Assembly (NCBI GenBank): GCA_002269645.1
Contig: NIVC01003496.1
Span: 1 to 43,416 of the forward strand
Direction of reading: 5' to 3'
DNA: 43,416 nt
Origin: Macrostomum lignano
Lineage: Eukaryota
Part shown: positions 1-13,842 of the stretch, piece after piece
Layout of the letters: the number at the start of each line of letters is the position of its first letter
Position numbering within the stretch: position 1 is the stretch's first letter
Program-made: the position numbers and the translations under genes
Notes under the pieces: generated by a model
Databases searched by the model: none
What the model was told of the DNA's origin: nothing
The model's input: only the letters and a program-made list of their open reading frames with translations

Positions 1-868
1 CCCCCCACACATTCTGACTGCTTACTGACCCCCCCCCCCACATTCTGACTGCTCACTGACCCCCCACACATTCTGACTGCTTACTGACCCCCCCCCCACA
101 TTCTGACTGCTTACTGACCCCCCACAACACATTCTGACTGCTTACTGACCCCCCACACATTCTGACTGCTTACTGACCCCACATTCTGACTGCTTTACTG
201 ACCCCCCCCCCCACAACACATTCTGACTGCTTACTGACCCCCCACACATTCTGATGCTACTGCTTACTGACCCCACATTTCTGACTGCTCACTGACCCCC
301 CCCCCACAACACATTCTGACTGCTTACTGACCCCCACACATTCTGACTGCTTACTGACCCCACATTCTGACTGCTCACTGACCCCCCCCCCAACACATTC
401 TGACTGCTTTCTGACCCCCCCCCCATTCTGACTGCTCACTGACCCCCCCCAACACATTCTGACTGCTTTCTGACCCCCCCCACATTCTGACTGCTCACTG
501 ACCCCCACATTCTGACTGCTTACTGACCCCCCACATTCTGACTGCTCACTGACCCGCCACATTCTGACTGCTTACTGACCCCCCCCACACATTCTGACTG
601 CTTACTGACCCCCACATTCTGACTGCTCACTGACCCCCATTTTGACTGCTCAATGACCCCACATTCTGACTGCCTACTGACCCCCCACACATTCTGACTG
701 CTCACTGACCCCCCACACATTCTGATTTCACTGACCTCCCACACATTTTGACTGCTCACTGACCCCCACACATTCTGACTGCTCACTGACCCCCACACAT
801 TCTGACTGCTCACTGACCCCACACATTCTGACTGCTCACTGACCCCCCCCCACATTCTGACTGTTCAC
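1..868. repeat. Minisatellite, core CACATTCTGACTGCT(T/C)ACTGA plus variable poly-C tract (~27-35 bp units); runs off window start
   Basis: Directly visible tandem units; explains ORFs 257..562 and 520..855. Confidence 0.95.
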
Positions 869-1395
869 ACACCCTCATTGTGTAGCTAGCAAAAAATTTA
901 TAAACCAATGTTTCGCTCTGTCAAGCATCATTTTTACTCCTAGCTTTAGCATAGACCAGAGCACTGTGTGCTACAGCTTGCATCTCAACATCTTTTAATT
1001 GTCATGCTTAATGCCTCCAGAACTACTGACAATGCCTAATCATTATACGTCGAAAGTGTGCATGAAATTCGAATTTTAAAGTTTCATTTGCCTAATACGA
1101 GCGAACAGAATTGCTGGTATATTCGAAGCGGGGGAACCGGAACCTCGTGACATTTTTCATGTAATTTAGTTGATCTCTATCGAGAATTGAAACCACCTTT
1201 AAAATTAAAAAATTCTCTATGCTATAAATTTGAACTCATTGTTTGGCATCACGTGTTCAGTATCCTACTTCTCATTTCACTCAATATTATGCAGTGTCCT
1301 TTAAAATAGGAAATTAAATAACTTTCTTGCACTGACGTCATGAAAGATTACAGAAACAAATTTAAAGCCGCCTCAGCTTTTACATGTATGTGGTG

Positions 1396-2276
<881 letters not shown>

Positions 2277-3069
2277 CAGCTCCTCCTTTCAATGGGTAAC
2301 CTCTAATCTTCTAAAAGCATTTCAGCTGCTGTGGGTCAGCAACACTTCTAGCCTGACTGACAGCCTGTCCCATGTCCCAGTTCACTATATTTATTTTTTA
2401 TGGTCTTTGCTAATCCCGACCCTGTCTCGTCTTCATGCCGCCTTCTTCCTTCCTGTCAACTGCATACCAAGTGGGACAGTTTTTCTCCCAGTATCATAGC
2501 CCGTAGATCCCGAGAGGTTTTAAGTAAAGCCTCTAGGTGAAGTTTCCAGCTCTAAAACTCCCCGTGCACTTTTTTGAAGAATCTTTTGATGTCTCGCTGG
2601 GATCCCATTGGTCCGGCTGGGGCTGCCCAGTCCAAAATTCTTATAAAAGCTCCCCGCGGGAGGGGTCATCCAAAGCTCTCGAATTTCCTTTCTTCGGCAT
2701 CAACCGATCCGACTTTTCTTTCGAATCCGCGAGAAACAAGTCTCAGATCAGAGTGCCGGTGGCCAGAAGAAGAAAAAGCAGAAGAAGAAGAAGTCCTGCC
2801 ATTCAGCTTGGACGGGACTGATATTCTGCAGAGGATAAATCTGTAAGACCACTGCATTCTCGTATATTGTTGAATGCGGACCTCTTTACTAGAAGCTACA
2901 TGTCACACTGATTACTCCAATAACAGAAATCAGACAGATCAGATCAAATAGATCTACTGGTATTCATTGCCTTTGCTGCTTCCAAAATGGCGAGGTATAA
3001 GTGGCTCTGTAGTGATGACAAATGCTTAACAGAAGACATGGCCGCTGCACACTAGGAGATACGGCAAGG

Positions 3070-3460
3070 GAGAGGATATGAGAGAGGAGAGGAGAGAGGA
3101 GAGAGGAGAGGAGAGAGGAGAATGAGAGGAGAGAGGAGAGAGGAGAGGAGAGAGGAGAGAGGAGAGGAGAGGAGAGGAGAGGACAGAGGAGAGGAGAGGA
3201 GAGGAGAGAGGAGAGGAGAGGAGAGAGGAGACGAGAGGAGAGGAGAGGAGAGGAAAGGAGAGGAGATGAGAGGAGAGGAGAGGAGAGGAGAGGAGAGGAG
3301 AGGAAAGGAGAGGAGAGGAGAGGAGAGGAGAGGAGAGGAGAGGAGACAAGAGGAGAGGAGAGGAGAGGAGAGGAGAGAAGAGAGGAGGAGGAGAGGAGGG
3401 AAGGAGAGGAGAGAGGAGAGGAGAGGAGAGAGGAGAGAGGAGAGGAGAGGAGAGGAGAGC
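3070..3460. repeat. Purine-only (GAGAG/GAGGA)n simple repeat
   Basis: Direct inspection. Confidence 0.95.
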
Positions 3461-3849
3461 AAAGCGACAAAGAATTCGAAAGCGATAAAACAGAAGCAGA
3501 AAACTGTGACTAAGGATGACACAGAGGAAAACTGGGCAGCCATCCAACCTCATGTTTGCTTTATAATTCGAACTCACGGGAGCGGACAGCGCTCTCTTGC
3601 AGTTTCTCTCTCCCTGGCAGCGAGCGGGGAGATGAAGCTGAGAAATCTCCCAGCTAGTTTTAGGTGGAATAAAATATTTTATAGCTGACTGTCTTGCAAA
3701 ATTCTCTGCACCGTTGCCTTCTTCAGCTCCCAGTGACTTTTCCTGACCTGTGAAGATTAGCATTCTATGTAAAATTAAGCTGCATGTATCCTTGGATGAA
3801 GCATATTTTGATGAGTCTGCAGTTCCCCTATAGCTGGATAGATCCGCGA

Positions 3850-4375
3850 ATTGTAAACAATCTAGATAAACCTGTACACGAATCTGTAGATCTACAGTAC
3901 CCTATAGAGATCTATAATCTGTACACAGTCTAGATGAATCTGTAGATCTACAGTAGCCTATAGACATTTGAAATCTGTAAACGATGTAGATGAACCTGTA
4001 GATCTACAGTAGCCAATAGACATTGGACATCTAAAAACAATCAATTGAACCTGCAGATCTACAGTAGCCTATAGACATTTGAAATCTGTAAACAATCTAG
4101 ATGAATCTGCAGATCTACAGTAGCCTATAGACATTTGAAATCTGTAAACAATCTAGATGAACCTGCAGATCTACAGTAGCCTATAGACATTTGAAATCTG
4201 TAAACAATCTAGATGAATCTGCAGATCTACAGTAGCCTATAGACATTTGAAATCTGTAAACAATCTAGATGAACCTGCAGATCTACAGTAGCCTATAGAC
4301 ATTTGAAATCTGTAAACAATCTAGATGAACCTGCAGATCTACAGTAGCCTATAGACATTTGACATCTGTAAACAG
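3850..4375. repeat. 56-bp minisatellite (GAAATCTGTAAACAATCTAGATGAACCTGCAGATCTACAGTAGCCTATAGACATTT)
   Basis: Unit recurs at 4081 and 4137; more degenerate copies toward 3850. Confidence 0.93.
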
Positions 4376-4484
4376 ATAGATGACATCTGTCTATCCATCT
4401 GTAGATGCCCAACCGACCAAACTTTCATTTTCCCCAGCCAGGCACCCAGACCCCGGAACCAGGTTATGTTGTTCTTCACCTCAG

Positions 4485-4861
4485 ACCAGTGCAGCGAGGC
4501 GGAGGTGAACCAGACGATGGCGCAGCACGATCACAGCTACCTCCGTGTTGAGCAGTCCAACAGTTTCGTCATCCTGCCCATATCGCTGGTCGCCCTGCTG
4601 CTCAACTCGCTGTCTCTGTTCGTCTTTGCCAGACAGAAGTTCGACAACAAAGCTGTCCGATTTTCGCTGCTGTCCATCTCCAGCACCGAGGTCTGTCTGC
4701 AGCTGGCCCTGATCTCGGAGATCGCCATCGTCAAGAGCTACTTTGAGCACCGGCACAGCCCCGCCGCCTTTGCCGTCACCAGCTGCATCCATGTGGCAAT
4801 TAACGCTCTGGTGTCCATCCGGAACTGGAATCTGCTGCTGATCAGCGCTGCTCGGTGCGAG
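4485..4861 (+). CDS. Orphan class A (rhodopsin-like) GPCR, coding exon 1 (TM1-TM3); start uncertain (ATG 4466, ATG 4517 or an upstream exon)
   Basis: Acceptor-like ttcttcacctcag before 4485; NQT sequon; TM1 ...LVALLLNSLSLFVF; TM3 IRNWNLLLISAARCE; phase-0 donor GAG|GTGAGG at 4862. Confidence 0.85.
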
Positions 4862-4924
4862 GTGAGGCGCCTGGTTGGGTGTTTGATGAGCTCTACATTG
4901 TAACCCGGTAACTAGGCACTGGAG

Positions 4925-5580
4925 CTCAGATCCCCTTGTAGATATCAGTTCCCCTTGTAGATTTCAGATCCCCTTGTAGATATCAGATCCCCTTGTAGAT
5001 ATCAGATCCCCTTGTAGATATCAGATCCCCTTGTAGATATCAGTTCCCTTTGTGGATTTCAGATCCCCTTGTAGATTTCAGATCCTCTTGTAGATTTCAG
5101 ATCTCCTTGTAGATTTCAGATCCCCTTGTAGATATCAGATCCCTTTGTGGATTTCAGATCCCCTTGTAGATTTCAGATCCCCTTGTAGATATCAGATCCC
5201 CTTGTAGATATCAGTTCCCTTTGTGGATTTCAGATCCCCTTGTAGATTTCAGATCCCCTTGTAGATTTCAGATCTCCTTGTAGATTTCAGATCCCCTTGT
5301 AGATTTCAGATCCTCTTGTAGATTTCAGATCTCCTTGTAGATTTCAGATCTCCTTGTAGATTTCAGATCCCCTTGTAGAGTTCAGATCCTCTTGTAGATT
5401 TCAGATCCCCTTGTAGATTTCAGATCCTCTTGTAGATATCAGATCCCCTTGTAGATATCAGATCTCCTTGTAGATTTCAGATCCCCTTGTAGATTTCAGA
5501 TCTCCTTGTAGATTTCAGATCCCCTTGTAGATTTCAGATCCCCTTGTAGATTTCAGATCCCCATGTCGATTTCAGATCCT
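4925..5580. repeat. 19-bp minisatellite TCAGATCCCCTTGTAGAT(A/T) in GPCR intron 1
   Basis: Direct inspection; period 19 (4981, 5000). Confidence 0.95.
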
Positions 5581-6002
5581 CTTTTTATACGCTGGCTTAG
5601 ATGCATCATGCAAAAACAAGCTGCAGGAACTCTGGGGCGCTCTGTTGGGCAGCTTTCATCATCCCGACATCCCACCACCGGATAGGAAATCGCTAGGGGT
5701 GATGAGAGGGGCTCAGGATGGGAAGAAATGAGAATTTTTATTCATCAGCTCAGGATGTCCCCTCGTCGGCAGTCACCTGACATCAATCTGACTAAAAAAA
5801 GTTATTAACAAATTCTTTGGACTAAAATACCTTTGCTTTCAGCCAGATCAGCAAAGGAAATTAGGTGAGGCAGACGCGGTGTTATAAAATCCTCGGATTT
5901 CATTTTGCTCCGCAATTCTACAAAAAAATTGTTTCGTTGGCAGTAGTCGCAGCTCAGCTTTTCTCCATTGAAGTTTTTCAAATCAATAGTTTGTTGGCCT
6001 CG

Positions 6003-6516
6003 GTCTGACTGACTGACTGACTGACTGACTGACTGACTGACTGACTGACTGACTTAAGTGACTGACTGACTGACTTGAGTGACTGACTGACTGACTGACT
6101 GACTGACTGACTGACTGACTGACTGACTGACTGACTGACTGACTTGAGTGAGTGGGTGACTGACTGACTGACTGACTGACTGACTGACTGACTGACTGAC
6201 TGACTGACTGACTGACTGACTTGAGTGACTGACTGACTGACTGACTGACTGACTGACTGACTGACTGACTGACTGACTTGAGTGACTGACTGACTGACTG
6301 ACTGACTGACTGACTGACTGACCGACTGACTGACTGACTGACTGACTGACTGACTGACTGACTTGAGTGAGTGGGTGACTGACTGACTGACTGACTGACT
6401 GACTGACTGACTGACTGACTGACTGACTGACTGACTGACTGACTGACTGACTGACTGACTGACTGACTGACTGACTGACTGACTGACTGACTGACTGACT
6501 GACTGACTGACTGACT
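6003..6516. repeat. (GACT)n microsatellite in GPCR intron 1
   Basis: Direct inspection; ends ~20 bp before the exon 2 acceptor. Confidence 0.97.
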
Positions 6517-6539
6517 ACTGTTCTCCCGCCAATCCGCAG

Positions 6540-6746
6540 GTGGTGGCGAGGCCACTCGCATCCCGGCGCTGCCTGATCTTCAGTCGCGGCCGCCTTGCCC
6601 TCGCCTTTGGCAGTATCATCGTCCTCGCCTTCGCTCTGGCTTTGCTGGCCGCCCTGGCCGACAAGGGCGTGCTGTGTAGCAACTCGGCCGAGCTGCTGGC
6701 TGTTGAGAACGAGCTCATGTCCGGCCGGCCCGGCCGCGTGTTTAAG
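6540..6746 (+). CDS. Orphan GPCR exon 2 (ICL2, TM4, start of ECL2)
   Basis: Acceptor ccgcag|GTG; VVARPL continues ARCE in phase 0; hydrophobic TM4; donor AAG|GTTTGT; 207 nt = 69 codons. Confidence 0.85.
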
Positions 6747-6804
6747 GTTTGTCACCCTCACTGGGGAACTGGAGTACCTTTCCCTCCAGTGATAAGAAAT
6801 ATCT

Positions 6805-7102
6805 ATCTGTAGATACCCATTTGGAGATACCCATCTGGAAATACTCATCTGGAAATACCCATCTGGAAATATCCTTCTGGAAATACCCATCTGGAAATAC
6901 CCATCTGGAAATACCCATCTGGAAATATCCTTCTGGAAATACTCATCTGGAAATACCCATCTGGAAATATCCATCTGGAAATATTCATCTTAAAATACCC
7001 ATCTGTAAATACCCATCTGGAAATACCTATCTGGAGATACACATCTAAAAATACCCATCTGGAGATACACATCTAGAAATACCCATCAGGAAATATCCAT
7101 CT
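6805..7102. repeat. 14-bp minisatellite GGAAATACCCATCT in GPCR intron 2
   Basis: Direct inspection. Confidence 0.93.
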
Positions 7103-7157
7103 AACCGGGAAAGGCTCTAATTTACACCATTGTTATTCAACTCGCTCACCCACCCAG

Positions 7158-7775
7158 GTGCCCGGAGACTCCGTGGTGGTGATCAGATCCCTGCTGCAAA
7201 CGAACTGGACCGAGTGGGCGATCTACGTGTTTCAATCCCTGATCCCAACCGTGCTAATTCCCTTCCCAACTGGGATCATGTGGGTCAGAATTCGCTGCCG
7301 CCAGCCTGCGCTGCCGCAGTCCGCTGATGAGCCAACCGAGGCACCGGGAGACACCGGGAGAAGCCGTCACGCGGCGGTCAGGACGAAAATCACCGGGGGA
7401 TCGAAGCTGACCTCGCAGCGAGCCAGCCAGATGGTGCTGGGCTTGGCCATCCTGTTCTGCATCTGCGAGATCCCCACCTTCGTGTCCACCACAGTGCTGC
7501 TGCACCACCCCGACCTGCCGGATCGGCTGCCGTTCCACCCGGATAGCGTCACGAACGTCCTGCTGGTCATCGACTCCGTGCTCAACTTCTTCGTCTACGC
7601 GGCTTCGTCGGCAAAGTTCCGGTCGGACTTGGCCGGTCGCTGCTGCTGCTGGTGCCGGCGGGATGAGCGGCTGCAGCAGCGACAGCAGCAGCAGCTCGGA
7701 CTCCTGCCCGTGCAGCAGCTGGCGAGGTCGAGGTCTCCATCGCCGGCGAAGTCGCACGAGTCCCTGCGCGGCTGA
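7158..7775 (+). CDS. Orphan GPCR exon 3 (TM5-TM7 and C-tail)
   Basis: Acceptor cacccag|GTG; TM5 FQSLIPTVLIP; TM6 RASQMVLGLAILFCICEIP; TM7 VIDSVLNFFVY; CCCWC putative palmitoylation cluster; stop TGA. Confidence 0.9.
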   Translation: MPGDSVVVIRSLLQTNWTEWAIYVFQSLIPTVLIPFPTGIMWVRIRCRQPALPQSADEPTEAPGDTGRSRHAAVRTKITGGSKLTSQRASQMVLGLAILFCICEIPTFVSTTVLLHHPDLPDRLPFHPDSVTNVLLVIDSVLNFFVYAASSAKFRSDLAGRCCCWCRRDERLQQRQQQQLGLLPVQQLARSRSPSPAKSHESLRG

Positions 7776-8104
7776 CTCTCGCGCCACAAACCCTTGTCGG
7801 CCAGCTTCCCAAGACATGCCGGATGGCCAGCCTGGCGATTAGAAAGTCAGCCTCGCAGTACATCGCTGCTTGTTTGGGACGATGCCGCTAAAGGAGAGAC
7901 GAAGTAAGAGCATTAGCAATCCATCCATAATATTCCTTTACCAACGTCACAAGTGACAAGTTATCAAGTGCTTTCACCACGCAATTTTCTCGAATTTTAA
8001 TTGGATGCACTTTCGCTGCATTTGTTATTGGCCCATTGTAAATGTGCCGCTGTGCATGATTATTATCCAAAGATATTAGCTCCACCCATCACCCCTCCAT
8101 TATC

Positions 8105-8750
8105 CCTTTCAACTCCCCTCTGCCACCCCTCCGACACCTCTCCGACACCCTTCCGACATCCTTGCATCGCCCCTCCGACAGCCCTCCGACATCTCTCCGA
8201 CAGCTCTCCGACTACCCCGCCGACACCCCTCCGACACCCCCCGACACTCTTCCGACACCACTCCGACACCCTTCCGACACCCCCGGACACCCTTCCGACA
8301 CCCCTCCGACACCCTTCCGACACCCCTCCGACACCCTTCCGACACCACTCCGACACCCTTCCGACACCACTCCGACACCCTTCCGACAACCCCGGACACC
8401 CTTCCGACATCCCTCCGACACCCTTCCGACACCCCTCCGACACCCCTCCGACACCCCTCCGACACCCCTCCGACACCCCTCCGACACCCCTACGACACCC
8501 TTCCGACACCCCTCCGACCCTCCGACACCCCCGGACACCCTTCCTACACCCTTCCGACACCCCTCCGGCATCTCTCCAACAGCTCTCCGACTACCCCCCG
8601 ACACCCCTCCGACACCCCCGGACACCCTTCCGACACCCCTCCGACACCCTTCCGACACCCCTCCGACACCCCTACGACATCCTTGCATCGCCCCTCCGAC
8701 AGCCCTCCGACATCTCTCCGACAGCTCTCCGACTACCCCCCCCGACACCC
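8105..8750. repeat. 11-bp C-rich minisatellite CCGACACCC(C/T)T
   Basis: Direct inspection; the same ~75-bp variant block occurs near both ends (8151-8230, 8672-8750). Confidence 0.95.
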
Positions 8751-9248
8751 CACTATGCAAAAACTGCATCCTCGGGGGCCTCACCTTTACTAATTATTTT
8801 TTTCCCTCATTTTAAATCCTACCAGCACAGCGTTAATCCTGTTTGCTCTCTCACCCTCTAGGAGCAATCAAACTCTACAGCAGAAGAATTTCCTGTCGCA
8901 ATCTCGCTTCAACACGAATTTGCTTTTCTCTGCAATTGAATTTTCTCGCGTTTTCGAAGCTCAACTTGAGCAACTGCAGTTGCTGTGGGCTCAAAAGGAA
9001 CTCGAAAAATTGCTTGCACTATCTTTGCTATGTACCGAATTCCGTTTGCTTCTTTTGCATGATGTCCACTGTTCATTATCAAATACATTGAAAATATTTC
9101 TTCTGAACTTACCTATGGGTTTTTATTTCCGTCACAGTTTGTCACAGTCTGTGAGAAGCATGAAAACAGTGCATTTTTAAACGTTGCTGCATATGAAATG
9201 AAACAAATGGAACGCAAGCAGAAGCAGAAGCATTTCCAACAGAAGTTA

Positions 9249-11330
9249 AACAGAAATAGAAACAGAAACAGAAACAGAAACAGAAACAGAAACAGGAACA
9301 GAAATAGAAACAGAAATAAAAAACAGAAACAGAAACAGAAACAGAAACAGAAACAGAAACAGAAACAGAAACAGAAATAGAAACAGAAACAGAAACAGAA
9401 ATAGAAACAGAAACAGAAATAGAAATAGAAACAGAAACAGAAATAGAAACAGAAACAGAAATAGAAATAGAAATAGAAACAGAAATAGAAACAGAAACAG
9501 AAACAGAAACAGAAATAGAAATAGAAATAGAAACAGAAACAGAAACAGAAACAGAAACAGAAATAGAAACAGAAACAGAAATAGAAACAGAAACAGAAAT
9601 AGAAATAGAAACAGAAATAGAAATAGAAACAGAAACAGAAACAGAAACAGAAACAGAAACAGAAATAGAAACAGAAACAGAAATAGAAACAGAAACAGAA
9701 ACAGAAACAGAAATAGAAACAGAAACAGAAATAGAAATAGAAACAGAAACAGAAATAGAAACAGAAACAGAAATAGAAATAGAAATAGAAACAGAAATAG
9801 AAACAGAAACAGAAACAGAAACAGAAATAGAAATAGAAATAGAAACAGAAACAGAAACAGAAACAGAAACAGAAATAGAAACAGAAACAGAAATAGAAAT
9901 AGAAACAGAAATAGAAATAGAAACAGAAACAGAAATAGAAACAGAAACAGAAATAGAAATAGAAACAGAAACAGAAATAGAAACAGAAACAGAAATAGAA
10001 ATAGAAATAGAAACAGAAATAGAAACAGAAACAGAAACAGAAACAGAAATAGAAATAGAAATAGAAACAGAAACAGAAACAGAAACAGAAACAGAAATAG
10101 AAATAGAAACAGAAACAGAAATAGAAACAGAAACAGAAATAGAAATAGAAACAGAAATAGAAATAGAAACAGAAACAGAAACAGAAACAGAAACAGAAAT
10201 AGAAACAGAAACAGAAATAGAAACAGAAACAGAAACAGAAACAGAAATAGAAACAGAAACAGAAATAGAAATAGAAACAGAAACAGAAATAGAAACAGAA
10301 ACAGAAATAGAAATAGAAATAGAAACAGAAATAGAAACAGAAACAGAAACAGAAACAGAAATAGAAATAGAAATAGAAACAGAAACAGAAACAGAAACAG
10401 AAACAGAAATAGAAACAGAAACAGAAATAAAAAAGAAACAGAAATAGAAATAGAAACAGAAACAGAAATAGAAACAGAAACAGAAACAGAAACAGAAACA
10501 GAAATAGAAATAGAAATAGAAACAGAAATAGAAACAGAAACAGAAACAGAAACAGAAACAGAAATAGAAACAGAAACAGAAATAGAAATAGAAACAGAAA
10601 CAGAAATAAAAACAGAAACAGAAACAGAAACAGAAACAGAAACAGAAACAGAAACAGAAACAGAAACAGAAACAGAAACAGAAATAGAAACAGAAACAGA
10701 AACAGAAACAGAAACAGATGCAGAAACAGAAACAGAAACAGAAACAGAAACAGAAATAGAAACAGAAACAGAAATAGAAACAGAAACAGAAATAGAAACA
10801 GAAACAGAAGCAGAAATAGAAATAGAAACAGAAACAGAAACAGAAACAGAAACAGAAACAGAAACAGAAACAGAAACAGAAACAGAAACAGAAACAGAAA
10901 CAGAAACAGAAATAGAAACAGAAACAGAAACAGAAATAGAAACAGAAACAGAAACAGAAACAGAAACAGAAACAGAAACAGAAACAGAAATAGAAACAGA
11001 AATAGAAACAGAAACAGAAATAGAAACAGAAACAGAAACAGAAACAGAAGCAGAAACAGAAACAGAAACAGAAACAGAAACAGAAACAGAAACAGAAACA
11101 GAAACAGAAACAGAAACAGAAACAGAAACAGAAACAGAAACAGAAATAGAAACAGAAACAGAAACAGAAACAGAAACAGAAACAGAAACAGAAACAGAAA
11201 CAGAAACAGAAACAGAAACAGAAACAGAAACAGAAACAGAAACAGAAATAGAAACAGAAACAGAAATAGAAACAGAAACAGAAATAGAAACAGAAAAAGC
11301 AATAGAAACAGAAACAGATGCAGAAACAGA
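9249..11330. repeat. (AGAAAC/AGAAAT)n hexamer array, ~2.1 kb, with higher-order structure
   Basis: Direct inspection; explains ORFs 9113..11302 and 9142..11379. Confidence 0.98.
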
Positions 11331-11934
11331 CAGAAGAAAGCACAGCGGGGCGGGGTATCATAGTTTCATATGTGCTCATATCTTACTGCAGCCCAGCTCT
11401 CTTTCCAATTTGCTTTGACGTGATGCGCAGAGCTGCTGGCCAAAACTGAAATCATCCATACAGACTCCATCCGTCCAAATGCCATCCAGACTCGCCGTCG
11501 GAGACAGCCGCTTAGCCCAGTCAAATGCAGCTGCGATTTCGAAAATTCACATCATCAGGGCACCGCCAGGCATCTGGCCAGCGGGTTGGGAAGCAAGGGG
11601 CTCGGAAGGAGCGCCAGAGCCTACCCTGCAATTTCCCGCCAAAGATTCCCACCCTCTGATAACGGAGCAGCCGGCCTTCTCTATGCAAATGCGCGAATCT
11701 GTTTTATTTGACGTGTTTTTTGAAGTGTCACTTTTTGCTGCTCCTGGAGAGCCTGAGATTCACCCTGTCATTATGTTTTACCTGTCCCAGCCCTACAATT
11801 AATTATCACTGCCTTGCTTACGGCAGCCTGCGTATTAGCAATCTACTCATCTATCTTACCTATCTACGAACTACGAGAGGTATGGGTATGGGTCATTACC
11901 TTTTGGACACCCCAATACTAATCTGCCTTACATT

Positions 11935-12450
11935 CTACCCATCTATCTAATACTCGAATCATCTACCTACCAATCTTAGCTGTACCAATCTCTCCATCTG
12001 CCTACTAATTTTACCTATCTACATTACCTATCTATCTATCTATCTACCTACCAATTTACCCATCTACCTATCAATCTACCTATCTACCTACCAATCTTAG
12101 CTGTACCAATCTATCCATCTGCCTACTAATTTTACCTATCTACATTATCTATCTATCTACCTATCTACCTACCAACTTTACCCATCTACCTATCAATCTA
12201 CCTGTCTACCTACCAATATACCCATCTACGAGCCGTGCCTATCAATATTACCCATCTACCTACCAATCTACCAATCTAACTATCAATCTACCTATCTACC
12301 TATCTATCTACCTATCTACCTACCAATCTATCTACAAATTAATCTACTTATCTACCTACCAACTTTACCCATCTACCTACCAATCTACCAATCTAACTAT
12401 CAATCTATCTATCTACCTACCAATCTACCTACCAATCTACCAATCTACAA
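11935..12450. repeat. Degenerate (CTAC/CTAT)n repeat with an internal ~120-bp duplication
   Basis: TCTTAGCTGTACCAATC...CATCTGCCTACTAATTTTACC occurs at ~11975 and ~12095. Confidence 0.85.
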
Positions 12451-13324
12451 AAACAATCATTCTACTAGTAATATTACCGAGTCTCCCTTCTCCCATGTAC
12501 TTGAAATCTAATAAATTGACCCAATATGTGTTTGACCCAATCGGTAATTATGATTAGATCCAAGCGTTGCCAAGCAGGAGTGCAAGTGCGTCAGGGAATA
12601 AGCCAGTACTATCAGATCCGATCAACCAAGACAGGAATTACGAGTTGGGAAATGAGGTTGGGAATTAGGATCTGAGTCTGCGCTGCCTTCGTCCTCTAAC
12701 TCAGGTTTTTGCGGAGCTGTCAGGATAGAGGCTGTCCACTGTCCCCGGGGATCATGAGTACAAGTTCACGGTTTATTAAGATTCACACTTCATAGGGATA
12801 TTATAAATCATCCAGTCTGCCTCATACAGTTCGATAAGCTATTGGGTCGATTTTTGCTCTGTCACACCTTGTCTGGTTATTAGTGTCCATTTTTTTAGTT
12901 TGAGTTCGTGACAAAAAGTCTGGGAGAAGGAGGGGCGAACTGGCTGCTAAAGTATGAATGATGAAAGATGAAGCCTAGGGATGCTGGAGACTGTTTTGCT
13001 TTGGCGCACAGCAGTGGTCTTGTAGCATAAACACTTGAGCAGTTGGAGAGGCTCCCCGGCCTGAGCTGTGCTGTCTCTCTTTCTCTCTCTCCCTGCCCAG
13101 CTGCTGTCTCTCTCAGGCAGTTTTGGCTAATTTATTCAACTGCCAGAACTAAATAATTTGCTCTTGTTCAGCTGCTCTTTGTTAGCGTTCTTTCTCTAAA
13201 GCTTAACGAATTATTAAACTGTATGGGAATTTTGTGATTCTAAAATGTTATTTCTCACTGCAGGTTAACCAGTTAGATTTTTACAAAATGCTTCTTGAAC
13301 TTTTGAGCTGGGTTCATCGCCTCA

Positions 13325-13490
13325 GCTGGAGGGTGAGGAGGGTAGGAGAAGGGAGGGTAAGAGAGAGGAGGGTAGGAGAGAGGAGAGGGTAGGATAGAGG
13401 GGAGGGTAGGATAGAGGGAAGGGTAAGAGACAGGAGCGTAGGAGAGAGAGGAGGGTAGGAGAGGGGAGGGTAGGAGAGGGGAGGGTAGGG
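13325..13490. repeat. Purine-rich GGAGGGTAGGA minisatellite, left part (split by SINE)
   Basis: Same units resume at 13844. Confidence 0.9.
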
Positions 13491-13842
13491 TTTTTTTTTA
13501 TTAGAGGCAGGGGGGTTGTGTGCACCCTGGCGCACTTTAAGCGACATAGGCACACAACATTACTGCCCATTCCGCCGACTCCCCTGAGCAGGCATACAAG
13601 CGCGCGGATACGTACGCAGGCACACACTCACACAGGAGTGCACAGCGGCCCTAACTTTATATTATCGTTAGGCATGTACACTTCACTGCGCCTTGGGGGG
13701 TTGGCTCTCAAGGCCGTTAATTGCACGAGCAGAGCCAAGCCGAGATTCCAATTCAGCCCCAAATTAATGTGACTGCACTTGGAATCGAGCCTGGGTCGCT
13801 GGCACATCAGAGCAGCTGCGCTACCGCTGGGCTACGGCCCCC
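13491..13842 (-). mobile_element. tRNA-derived SINE, ~350 bp
   Basis: Minus strand begins GGGGCCGTAGCCCAGCGGTAGCGC (A box), has GGCTCGATTCC (B-box-like) and ends CTCTAATAAAAAAAAA; GGGAGGGTAGG on both flanks (TSD ambiguous because the flank is repetitive). Confidence 0.8.

Noticed and set aside
2574-2846. Possible terminal exon (...EEEKAEEEEVLPFSLDGTDILQRINL)
   Set aside because: No recognisable domain or convincing splice partner.
8860-9160. Minus-strand 44-nt GT-AG intron-like segment (9070-9113) with flanking exon candidates
   Set aside because: The upstream mini-exon has stops in all frames; no coherent ORF could be built.
9113-11379. 729- and 745-aa ORFs of FL/FC/SV dipeptides
   Set aside because: Translations of the hexamer array; not credible proteins.
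12471-12548. Short inverted repeat ATTACCGA...TCGGTAAT
   Set aside because: Only 8 bp, no TSD and no second copy in the window.
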